Shown in pieces: positions 24,378-35,861 of a stretch of DNA of 64,000 nt (position 1 is its first letter; each line of letters starts with the position of its first letter). Under the pieces are notes generated by a model. That model worked only from the letters and a program-made list of their open reading frames with translations. It was not told the origin of the DNA and did not search any database. The translations under genes were made by a program, and so were the position numbers. Origin of the DNA: Octopus bimaculoides (Eukaryota); the NCBI RefSeq assembly GCF_001194135.2, contig NC_068995.1:3799232-3863231 (forward strand), given 5' to 3'.

Positions 24378-25057
24378 TTATTATTATTATTATTGCCGTT
24401 ATTATTGGTTGTATTTAAATGTGTATAGATTGAAATATACTTACCATGAAAATAAGAAGTAGGTCAATATTATAAACTATAGACTCATTATCAAAGAAGA
24501 CAGAATGCAGAATACAGAATTGTGTATTGTCACTGAAATGTACTCGGAAACAATTACATTTTACCAACATTACAGGGTTCTTTTTGGTCACTGTCAAAAA
24601 TCTGGAAATTTTAAAGTTAAGTGAAAAGTTTCAATTTTTGTGCATTGATGTCAATTTCTATGCTTAATTCGAATTTGGGATTCATTTATTCTCAGATAAA
24701 TTTATCAAAAATATTAAAATGATGCCAAGTTTGATAATTCTTAGTCCATAAAAAAAAGAAGAAAAATACAGGAATCGGATGCCGCGCAATTTCTATGTGG
24801 TAGCTGTTTGTCACAAAATGACCGACAGAAATAACACAGACACAAAACGATATCACTCGTCAAAATTGGTGGTGGTGGTGGTTGCGGTGGTGGTTGCGGT
24901 GGTGAAAGTGTTGCAGTCACGAAATTACGGCGTCCTTATTACAGTGAAAATAGAGCAGACGACAACTTTGGTTCTTATGCTATGAAAACATCGGTGTTAT
25001 GAAAGGTGGCTTCTAATTGGATAAAACTACCCAAATTTACAAACTTTGAAGCTATTG

Positions 25058-25165
25058 ACTGCTCAACTGGCATTTATTTTATTAACTCCGAAAGGATGTT
25101 GACCTCGGTGGAATATTTGAACTCGTAACGTAAAACCGGACAAAATGGTGTTAAGCATTTCGAAA
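25058..25165 (-). mobile_element. SINE family A fragment
   Basis: ccgaaaggatgttgacctcggtggaatatttgaactcgtaacgtaaaaccggacaaaatggtgttaagcatttcg. Confidence 0.75.
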
Positions 25166-26575
25166 ATAAGAAAACCATAGCTAACCACTGCACATATCTA
25201 AAGCAGGCAGATCTGTGCTCGGTAGTGCAGTGAGAGAACGTAAGAAAAATAAGACTACTAAATAATAATAATAATGATAATAAATAAATAAATAATTAAA
25301 TAGTATAAATTCATCATAGAAAGAAATTCTTCAGCTGTTCCTGATACTTGACTGCTTCAATAATGAAATTATTTTATGAATTTCGTAACGGAGATTTTAG
25401 CTACTAGTCTGAGATACCTACTTAATGTGAAGGCAATTTGATTAAACGTAAATTAAATCTTTATAGATTTTTAACAATGTTTTGTGTTTCTTAACAACGT
25501 GGAAACCTATACAAAACATGGCCGCTGTGTACAGCTTTACGACATTTCGTATTGGTCTATAGCGTGTAAGTTTTGGTGTCAGGTTTATGTCACAACGTTT
25601 ACACGAGCCGTATAGTTTGCCAAGAAAAGTGGTGGATTTAGTTACTTAAACTGTTTGAAACTAAATCTAAGATGAAAAAAAAAAGTGTATAAAGCAGTAA
25701 ATAAAATAAGCTAGTTCTTTTAAAAGATTAAAACCCGATTCTTTGTTTGCAGAATATTATTATTGCTCGCCGAAAAATAAGACAAAAGAGAGAAACGCAA
25801 AAGAAATTCTAATAGAGTATTGTGTTATGTCAAATCACTGTAGAAGACACACATACAAAAGCCGATAATTGAATAGCTATTTCATTAGTCTAATAGAAGT
25901 TATCGAATTTCTGGAAGAGAGAAAATGAAGGAAAATTTCATCATCCGAACGACCATTGGGGATTTTCATTTCCAAGAACTAAAAAGTAAAGAAAAAAAAA
26001 GAGTTATGCAAACTGTAAACAGATTTAAATAGCCAGCCATCTGACATATTTAGTTGCAGCCATATTGGAAACTTCATATTTTTTAGTTTTCACCGTAATA
26101 TCCGAAAGAAGTTTGAGAGGATTCACCGAAGTTCTATGAAATCTGAAACATTTCCCAATTATATTGTTGTTTAGCCCTAGCTAATTCTGGTCAAAAACTA
26201 TTATTATCAAATGCACTCCAGCCGTGGCAATCTTATAATTCTTCAGCTTCGGATAATTGATATAAAACTATGTTATCCATTGCGTCCTTTTTTTAATGCT
26301 AATGTACGATTTTTATGGATATTTGACTGCTATTTCTAATAGATCATTTAGAGGCCCAAAAAGAAGATTTCTATCTGATGAATGTACTATTCCTATATCA
26401 ATATTTCGATACAAAATCAATTAATAAATCTATAAAATTATAAAATTTATTTAATTCTTATTTGTTGTTTCAGTCAATGAGTATTGCCCCAAGTATCTTC
26501 TCAAAACATTTCTCGTCGCTTTTTGATCTTCGAACCAAAATCTCTTTATCGAACGCATCAGTAATTTTGTTAAGG

Positions 26576-26893
26576 CATAGGTTCTCAAAGTGGATGCTAC
26601 TCCCCCTCCCCCGGTGGGCATTGATAGGGTCCAGGTGGGCGCTGTGTCTAAGAGGGCGGTAGAGAAAAAGGAGGCATTGGGAGAAAGGCAGTGGATTGGG
26701 GGACGCTTATGAATTTATAATATTATTATAGTATTGTATACAGATTATATAATGTATTAAATATCAAATGATTCATAGTATATATAAATTAGGAAAAAAA
26801 TAAAATTTCTATTTATACATAAAAATAGAGGTAGGACGCTGAGGATATTATGTGGCCATGAGGAGGGGGGTCCAAAATGTTTGAGAACCTCTG
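26576..26893. mobile_element. Non-autonomous hAT-type MITE (318 bp)
   Basis: TIRs CATAGGTTCTCAAA / TTTGAGAACCTCTG (13/14 complementary); flanked by 8-bp TSD TGTTAAGG (26568-26575) / TGTTAAGA (26894-26901). An 8-bp TSD and CAG..GTTCTCAA ends are typical of hAT/Charlie elements. Confidence 0.85.
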
Positions 26894-27154
26894 TGTTAAG
26901 ACGCAGAAACTATCTCTGTTCACCATTTTCTAGTGGCTTACACACCTGGTATGCATCAGACTTCAAAAATGTAAATACTGGGGTTGATTACTTCGACTAA
27001 ATACTCTCACCTCGATGTACTAGCATGGCCCCATTCCAGTAACTGAAGCAAGCAAAGAAGTAAATATATATACATGCATTTATATATCTATGTATATATA
27101 TATCAAGCTACACGCACACATGTATGAATATATATATATGTGTGTGTGTGCGCG

Positions 27155-27196
<42 letters not shown>

Positions 27197-27199
27197 CAA

Positions 27200-27345
27200 C
27201 AGGTTCCTTCCCATAATTCATGTACCAAATTTCACTCATAAGGTGCCAATTCAAGTTAAAGCAAATGTCGCCGCGCTGTGAAATCGAACCAGAAACGACG
27301 TGGTTGCAAAGTGAACATCAGAACCAAACGGCTGTGCCTATGCTT
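27200..27345 (-). mobile_element. Diverged SINE family B 5' half
   Basis: taccaaatttcactcataagg...gaaatcgaaccagaaacgacgtggttgcaaagtgaacatcagaaccaaacggctgtgcctatgc. Confidence 0.7.
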
Positions 27346-27849
27346 ATATTCTTTTTAGATAAAAAGAAAATTTATTTTTCCTACATGAAATATAGCTGAA
27401 ATTTTTTACGTACACTCACTTTACATCGCTCTGTATTTGGTCAAGAATAATTTCGAAAGAAGAGAAGACAGTTGGGGAGAAAAGTAAAAAAAGGAAAAGA
27501 AAAAAAAAAGAAAATAACGGAGAGGAAGAGAAAAGAAAGGCATATTGCGAAAAAGAAAAAGAAGAGAGAAGAAAAGGAAGACAAGAGAGGAGAAACAGAA
27601 AGAGAATCTTAATGTTAAATTTGTATAAGCATCAAATTCTGTCTTACAGTAGATGATAAAATATCAGGCTATCAATAGCAGGTTGCATACAACATGCCAA
27701 AAGTCTTAAACATGCATTATCTTAGCATTATTCAGAACAGACATGAAATAAATGAGTTAGGTGAAGGCTCAATATGTCAAGATGAGTTGCTGTTGAATCA
27801 TTTACTGAAATCATTAGTTTGCAAAAAAGACTTGACATTTATGATTACT

Positions 27850-28000
27850 TTCACCATGGCGAATGTAGAGCTGCTTTTCACTTCCGGTTGCTTGTCCATT
27901 AATGGCGTCACATCTTTACATTTACGAGGATTGTTTTTGTCATGTATGTTTTCTATCATTTTATGTCATCGATTTTTATAAGATCAATATCATGGTGAGT
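27850..28000 (+). promoter_or_regulatory. Candidate promoter/first exon ending in ATG|GTGAGT (ATG 27992-27994)
   Basis: ETS motif ACTTCCGGT 27880-27888, YY1-like AATGGCG at about 27901, locally CpG-rich unique sequence, consensus donor GTGAGT 27995-28000 directly after ATG. Motif inference only. Confidence 0.4.
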
Positions 28001-28414
28001 CGCGTTCTGTCTAATCTAGTCTTCTTTCTAATTGAGTGATGAGGGTGAGTGAAAAGTTGTCATTTTGTTCGTATGTGGTGAGGGGGGTTTATAAACTTCG
28101 TACATCGCTTTGAGTTTGTTAAGTTGAAAACTGAACGCCTATGTATGGACACGTGATATATTTAAAAGGTTGCATTGATATATAATGGTCATGTGATGTA
28201 TTTACAAGTTTGTGTTTTTGGTCATGGGATATATTTACAAGTTTACACGGTACCTAAACTATCAGCTACTGCTCACTTCAAATAGGATTTTCCTAGTTAT
28301 GTCATTAGTGTACGCTCATGCTGGAGCTCCTCGTTCAAGTGTTTTAGTCTATCATATTTTGGAAATTACTATTTGTAAATCTCTCTACGAGAGATATTCA
28401 GCAACAGTACTCTA

Positions 28415-28804
28415 GAGTAAAGATTGTTTGCGAACATAACATGGCAGTCATGGTTTAGGACGAATGTTGCTGTAATTTAGGCCCAAGAGACATCGTCTCC
28501 AGCTGGCTATACGACACGATTTGTATCCTTATATTTTCCAACAAGGCATTTAGCACCCCAACTCAGCTCAAGAACAATATCTGCGTATCGCGATTTCCGG
28601 GTTATTTCCCTTCATCACCCGGAAATCGCGATACGTAGATATTGTTTTGAGCTGAGTCGGGGTGATAAACGTCCTTGTTCGAAAATGTAAGGACACAGAT
28701 CGTGTCGTATAACTAGCTGGAGACGATGTCTCCTGGGGATAAATTACAACAACATTCGTCCTAAACCAGGACTGCCATGTTATGTTGGCAAATAATCTTT
28801 ACTC
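28415..28804. mobile_element. 390-bp fold-back (palindromic) element, MITE-like
   Basis: Arms 28415-28602 and 28617-28804 are reverse complements (about 18 substitutions and 2 indels in 188 nt by manual alignment), with a loop of about 14 nt; TA on the left and AA on the right. Confidence 0.9.
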
Positions 28805-29104
28805 AATCATATTCATAACTTATTTGAATCTTCTAATATGCTTTTTTAAAAATAAATTTATATTGATGACAATCAAGAAAAAAAAAAGACATTAATTTCG
28901 GGAGCAACTTTTAAAACTGCGTGCAGACTGTTTACGATGTATATGGTATTACCTCGCTTGTTATTGCCATAATATACCGCCATCTATTATTGCAAAACTT
29001 AATTTAATGCAACTGATATTAAATATTAGCAGCACTGTTGCAAAATTGTAAAGGCGAATGAATTAGTGTTTTCATTTTTCCAAAAATTATAATTAAAATT
29101 AATT

Positions 29105-29310
29105 CTGCTGCCTGTCCTCCGATGTGAAAATTATTGAACAAAATTCAATGAAGCAATAATTACAACACACATTTTGTCATCATTTTGCAATTCGTTTTGG
29201 ATTCAGCGAAGAAATCAAGCCATTTCTATAAACGTGAATATCTTTCCAAAGTTTGACTTTCGCTTATGGAAAACGAGATTAAGGACATTCTCGATCAAAA
29301 GAAAGAAGCA
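29105..29310 (+). mobile_element. Possible highly degenerate Tc1-like transposase C-terminal remnant
   Basis: With a frameshift, AACPPDVKIIE resembles WP..SPDLN.IEN, and YLSKV*LSLMENEIKDILDQK resembles Y...L..SM..RI..VI..KG. Weak. Confidence 0.3.
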
Positions 29311-29733
29311 GAAATAATGAAAAAAAAAAGAAGACAAAACAAGACAAAACAAAACAAAAACAAACACAAACGCACACAACAAGATAGGTCGTTAAAGAAT
29401 GTCTATTGACGAATAATGTAGTCGAATAATTTTGAAGAGCATTTATCGAATTATAGAAAGGCTGTAACGCTTTAATAGGCTTCAGAGAATTGATATAACT
29501 AGATTAGGAATTCTCAAATGTATTTTATGGGTCTTGTTAAAATACAAATTATATCCTGACCATCAAAAATAATCTGTATTCTATCGAAAAAATATCAACT
29601 TTAACGAATAAATTCGTTCCTAATTAATTCGTATGATTAGCTAAATTTCGAAATATTTGCCTCACATAAAGCAAAATGGAACGAAGAAAGTACAACTTTA
29701 GACATATAGCTTTGCAATGTCTATGCTTAAAGC

Positions 29734-29957
29734 AAGGCGGTGAGCTGGCAGAATCGTTAGCACACACCAGGCAAAAAGCTTAGCGGTATTTTGTCCGTCT
29801 TTACATTCTGAGTTCAAATTCCGCCGTGGTAGACTTTGCCTTTCATCCTTTCGGCGTCGATAAAAATAAATACCAGTTAAACACTGGGGTCGATGTAATC
29901 GACTTACTCCCTCCCCACAAAATTGCTGGTCGTTTTCCACAATTTGAAACTTATATT
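29734..29957 (+). mobile_element. SINE family A, full length, well conserved
   Basis: aaggcggtgagctggcagaatcgttagcac...ctgagttcaaattccgccgtggtagactttgcctttcatcctttcggcgtcgataaaaataaataccag...cactggggtcgatgtaatcgac...aatttgaaacttatatt. Confidence 0.93.
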
Positions 29958-30614
29958 TTGCGGTTACGCATAATATATTTTTGACTGTTATGTGTTCTAG
30001 ACTCGAACTCCGCTCGCTTCGATTTTTCTTTGCCGTATTTAAGGTTATTGCAACACCAATATTTACGGGTGGATAGCAGTTCCATCATGTAACGTTCATT
30101 TTAATCCTAACCGTTATCTATTAACTAAAATCGAACTAGCGAAGTTCGATTTTACTTTGCACTAAGTTAGGGTTACCCCAACTCCAACCCAATATTCGCG
30201 GAGGGACACTAGTTCTATCGTATATGGTTAATCATAAACTTAAACTATTGTCTGTCTACGTTCTAACTTGGAACATTTCTCGCTTCGATTTTACTTTCAT
30301 CCCTCTGGCGTCGATAAGATAAATATATTTCATGTATTGAGTCGGTTCTGTCGAATTTACTATTCAGTCTGCCAAAAATAGCTCTTGTGCATAATCAAAA
30401 GAATTTCCTAATAAATAATAACATATTCATACGCAAGCTAGGATTCAGTGTGGATAGCTGTAAGGATAAATAGCAATCAGTGTGATATTGAACGGCTAAA
30501 CTATCTTAACCATTCTATTCGGTTAGCGAGAAGAAACAATTGACATTCATTCGAGAAAGGAATAAATGTGTCTGGACTTCACAGCTAACTTTAAGATAAT
30601 GTAGTTGCACTGGG

Positions 30615-30965
30615 GCAGCGGCGGCGTAGGTGCTATAGGAGTGAATGTTTAACAAGTTTACTTCACAACTACGAGGTCTCGAATTCAGTCCTGTTTCGTT
30701 GCATCTTCAGCTAATGTCATTTTCTATAGCCCCAGGTCAACCCCATACATTGGTGGGTGAAACTACTCAATTTTCACAAATGCCCCACTTGAAGAGCAAG
30801 CACGTCGGATGGCGCGGACGCCGTAATTGTAGCCGTCATTCGTTGCTGAGGCGTAGAGTTCATGTTCAAAGTTCACATGTGGTCCCTGGTCACATACATA
30901 CATACACACTTTGGGACAGTGAGTGAAATTGGGTGGATGGAAACTGTATAGAAGCCTGGCGGATT
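30615..30965 (+). mobile_element. Diverged SINE family B 5' half interrupted by a 156-bp insert (30763-30918)
   Basis: Head ggcgtaggtgctataggagtgaatgtttaacaagtttacttcacaactac...; body resumes at gtgagtgaaattgggtggatggaaactgtatagaagcc. Confidence 0.6.
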
Positions 30966-31442
30966 GCACCCGTAATTCAAATGCTACTGCCTTGCTACAC
31001 AATTTGTCTGTGGAATACTCAGCCTCTTTACGCTTCAATTTGGAAACAAGTAATCAGTTGATCGCACAATGGAATCCTCGTGGTCGAACGTCGAAGATCC
31101 ATCAGTAGCACCTCCACCATTACCAGCCAGCACACTACCACCAGCAGGAATGTCTATCTTTCAATAGTTCGCTTCGTAACCACGTAGTTCCGATTTTGAC
31201 CTTCACTATGTGGTATCTTGACCAAGTCCATTCTACCACAATATCAGAACCGGAGCAAAGCTGAATTTGACGAGGGTCGAACACAGAACTCAAAGTAACC
31301 TAAGACGGTCAGCGCTACAGGGCAGGAATGGTTGTGCGGTTAAGAGATTTTCTTCGAAGCTACGTGAATTCGGGTTCAATCCCATGATGCCGAACCTTTG
31401 GGTAAGTGTCTTTTCCCCAAAAGCTTTTACTCAAGTACAATC

Positions 31443-31598
31443 CTAATTTCAAATTCTGGCACAAGGCCAGCAGTTTCGGGGGGAAGTGCTCAACAGGTGC
31501 TTATTGTATCAACCTCCAAACGAATGACTCGGTGGAGTTTGAACTCAGAACGTAAAAACGGACGAAGTGCCGGCAGAGCCTTTGCCCGGCGCTGTTAA
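31443..31598 (-). mobile_element. SINE family A with internal deletions
   Basis: aatttcaaattctggcacaaggccagcagtttcggggg...ctcggtggagtttgaactcagaacgtaaaaacggacgaagtgcc. Confidence 0.85.
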
Positions 31599-33292
31599 GT
31601 ATAATATTGTGAATGGAATTCTGTCAATAGATTCGATCTTACAGTTCCTGCTTCCAGGATCCATTATTGCGTGGTTGTTTAGCCTCCATGTCAGCCTTGA
31701 TGCAGTAGGCCTATAATGCATAACGTTCCAGCCATGACCTTTCCGTATGTTATTCAGGGTTAGTGTTTCTAATACTAACTTACTCAGTGTTTCTAGATAT
31801 CAGCTTATTTAAGAATATATAAAGAGGAGGTGTGATGAATAAGGGAAAACTTGGTCGTTGTTTCTAGCATGTTGAGCAGCAACGTAGAGGCCTCGTTTCT
31901 GAATTGTTATTGTATTCTTTGTTGCCAGAGTTTTATATTTCGTCATTTATCTGTGAATGTTAATCTTGTTTCTTAATGTTAGTGTCGATAGTTAAACTGC
32001 TAATGCGATCACTGTTGAAAATACGATAAATATAACGCGGAGAACAAAAACTTAATTGTTTAAACAATGATATTACTGTGATTAGCCGCTGTATTCATTG
32101 ATCAATCGATCCCCGAATGTTTAGATATTTAGATCAATGTTATTTAGATACTTTGATCACTAACATTCACATAAAAGATTTATAGGTCAATTCTCAGATT
32201 TTCGTTTGTTGTCCGATCAAACGTTATTGTGAAAATATTATATTAATCTTCAGAACAGTTGATGAAATTTGTAAAGAATATTGATAAAGCTTATAGTGTT
32301 TTTCATTATTATCGATGAAAACCTTTCACGCTTGTTTTCCTGATAAATTTACATTTAGANNNNNNNNNNTATATATATATATATATATTTCCTACGCTTT
32401 TGTTTTTCATATCAAAAGAATAAATATGTACATTTGTGTTTTATTGCAATTATGGTTTGACACGGACGTTAGTGTGCAACATTTGAACGCTTGATAAGAT
32501 CACTGTTGTATCATTAACGAGGAGTGGACAAACAGCAAATCTTCTCTAATGAACGCAGGTTAGAGATTCAAACAATGCCGCTAGGTGTCGCTTTGAAAGA
32601 TGTCGGTTGATTAATTGCTATGGTTTATTTCGCATCCGACTTCTATCGATGCAGGCCTTTACTAGCTGAGCAATTCCAGTCATGGCAACTCCAGGAATTC
32701 AAAATCACTCAAGAGGATCTGGACATGCACCAATGATAATTGCATTTAATAAATGCAGTAAAGGCTTCTGGGCCGTGAATTGGCAGACTCAGTTGAGCCA
32801 AAGTTAGAATTCCTGTCGCGGTTTGTTTCACTTAAATGAGATACTGGTTGAAATCCCACTAAGATCATATTTGCCTTTTATCCTTTCGGAGTCGATAATA
32901 AATTACCGGCCAAAAATAATCCGGTATAATGGAAGCTTCGAGGTGCATTATGGTATTTCTACTGTTTCCTTGCGTTTTGAGTTTTTGCGTCGAAGACTTA
33001 TCCGATATAATCCCAGCGTCTCAGGTGTCTTTAATTGATTTCACTCTACGGAGGGATTTTAGTCTACGGAAATGTATTTGGGTTAAGCCTTTGGTCTGAG
33101 AATAACTACCTCTCACCAGTCCGAGTTGGGGAAAAACTGAAACATGGAAAAGGACACGGCTGTTTCAATCTCCACCACTTCCGGTAAAAATGTTTGGTTG
33201 TCAAGAGGAGTAGTAAAAGCAAACTTCTCCAACGAAGAGTTATTGTAGGAAGCAATAATGTTGTTTTGAATTTCACAGCGACCAGACATATA

Positions 33293-33366
33293 ACCAACTA
33301 ACCAACCAACCAGCCAACCAACCAGCCAACCAACCAACCAACCAACCAACCAACCAACCAACCAAC
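33293..33366. repeat. (ACCA)n microsatellite
   Basis: Direct reading. Confidence 0.96.
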
Positions 33367-33608
33367 AAACTCTTCAGGATTAGCAATTTTAGTGAGATAT
33401 CTGATAATATAATGATGTTTAATTACCTTGAAATTATTTAAGGGAATTGTATTGAGGTGGCTGACAAAGATTTTAAATGAAAATGTTTGTAATAACGGTC
33501 ACCCATTAGATATTATAAGATTACCGAGGGACACGACAGAATATTGAAGCTGGACCGTCACTGAGACTTTGTAGTTCTTCCTGAAGCTTCAATATTACCA
33601 AGAATTGT

Positions 33609-33830
33609 AAGGCAGTGAGCTTGCAAAATGGATAGCACGTTAGGCAAAATGCTTAGCGGCGTTTCATCTGTCTTTATGTTCTGAGTCCAAATCCCGCCGA
33701 GGTCGACTTTGTCATTCATCCTTTCGGGATCGATAAAATAATACCATCAGTTGAGTACCGGGGTCAATGTCATCGACGTATCTCCTTCCCCCGAAATTGC
33801 TGGCCTTGTTCCAAAATTTGAAACCAATAT
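33609..33830 (+). mobile_element. SINE family A, full length
   Basis: aaggcagtgagcttgcaaaatggatagcacg...ccgccgaggtcgactttgtcattcatcctttcgggatcgataaaata...ccaaaatttgaaaccaatat. Confidence 0.92.
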
Positions 33831-35483
33831 GTAACAAGGCTTGCTTTATTTTATCGAACATCGTACTCCAATCGTTAGAGACGTTTCCAATATATCCATA
33901 GAGCTGCTTTCCGTTATCATATATAAAAAGGAACGCTGATAAATCGTGGTTGTCTTTGTTGTTGTCGTTCCCAAAATATTTCAGCCAGTTTTATCTCCAT
34001 TTCGTAAAAGTAACAAAAGTTAGCGGAGTAGACTCCTAGTTGCAAATACTTTATGTAACATTAATGTTTTATAGAGCTGTCCAGTTGCGATTTATTTAAT
34101 TCAACAAAACAAAAATAATCGCATATATTTTCTAAGAAAGCACAAATCATTTATTTTTTCATAATTGTAAAATGCTTTACAGTTTACTAATCATTAATTA
34201 AATTTGATAATCACATTATCATTTCGTTTGTTCAATGACCGTAATCTCAAATCAGAATCCATGACATTCATATTCTATTTTCTTAATATCAGTGAGAAAA
34301 ACTTGTTACTGTAAATGTCTTCGTTTGACATTATGGTGTTTGTGTCGTTACTGTATATTAGCCATGGCGGTTAAAAAGGAGCGAGAAAATGTCAAGATTG
34401 CATAAAATTCCTTCGAATAACATTTAAAAAGAACACAGGCCGTGATCACGTGTTGTTTATGTATTGGTGAGGTGAGAAAGATCGTTGACATTCCGTTAAC
34501 TGAGATTTGATAATTGTTGGTACGTATGACATGGTAACATCTACTGGTTAAGAATTATTTCTAAAGAATATTGTTATCTTTATTACGTGTAAATGGTTTT
34601 TGAGTTGTCTTCGATGCTTGCCTTACTGAATTAATTTATCAGAAACGAATAAGAACGGAATTCAACATACGCGTTGAAATTATAATGGAGATTCGGGGCA
34701 TTAGAATCAAATTTTCAAAAATTAATTCATTTAGGCTAATTGAGGATGGTCTGATCAGACTATGGTTTTTTAACGTCTTTTGTCGTGAGCGAGAATCTTT
34801 TTCTTCATGACAAACTGCAGCAAAAAAGGCCTTACAAGTTCAAAGATCTCAAACATTTGCACAGATTAAGGTTTACTTATTATTCATTAAGTTCACCGAC
34901 TGTTGAACATTTGGAATTCCGATGGGCAAGTAGTAAGAATTAACAATTATAAAGCATCATATGTATTGTGGACTAGTGGACTATGGAATGTGTGTTAGGA
35001 ATATCTGGGGAAATGGTTGTGATATAATGTTCCAGCATGGCCGCAGTCAATGACTGCAACCAGTTAAATATTATGTGAATAAACTAAGTAGGTTCTGTTA
35101 TGTTAAAATAAATTCTGAAGAAATGTCACGAAATATTTGAAAATGTTACCAAATCGTAAATAAAATTTTAATTATGCTCTCAGCTGAAATATCAAGTGGT
35201 TCTTATTGTTGTTGTCGTCGGTGTTTGTTGTTGTTGTTGTTGTTGTTTAGCCTCTTATAATTTCTGATCAAAGAGATCTATGGTTAAATGCATTCCAGGT
35301 GGTAGAGCGAAAAAGTTTAGCTACTACCATTAGCAAACCAAGCGACTACATCAAGTCTTTCGTTCATTCTGAAATAAGATAAACATTTTAGCTGTTACTC
35401 GCAAACGAATGAAACCGGGACGCTGGTTCCATGAGTTCGTAAATTGTTTTAGGCTCCAATGAAGACTGGAACAAACATATATA

Positions 35484-35861
35484 TTTTCATATTTTCACTT
35501 GTTTCGGTCATTGGATTGCGGCCATGCCGCAGCACCACATTGACGAGTTTCGTCGAACAAATCGACTCGAATCTCTTACTTCTACCGGTTTTCTATTGCT
35601 GAACCGCTAGGTCACAGAGATATAAGCAAACGGGCACTGGTTGTCCAGCGATGGCAGGCGACAAACAAAAAAGGCGTGCACACACACACACACACACACA
35701 TGTATACGCGACGGTCTTCCAAGCAGTTCCCGTCTACCAAATTCACTCACAGCCCGAGGCTCTAGTAGAAGACACTTTCCCGTGGTGTCACACAGTGGGA
35801 CTGAACCTAGAACCATGTGGTTGTAAAGCAAGCTTCTAAACGACACAGCCATGCCTTCGCC
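35484..35861 (-). mobile_element. SINE family B, full length, with internal (CA)n
   Basis: Tail ttttcacttgtttcggtcattggattgcggccatgccgcagcacc; head cagtgggactgaacctagaaccatgtggttgtaaagcaagcttctaaacgacacagcc. Confidence 0.9.

Noticed and set aside
30688-30712. CTGAAGA...GAAAC on the minus strand
   Set aside because: No stem II or III can form, and it lies inside a diverged SINE-B head, so it is a chance match.
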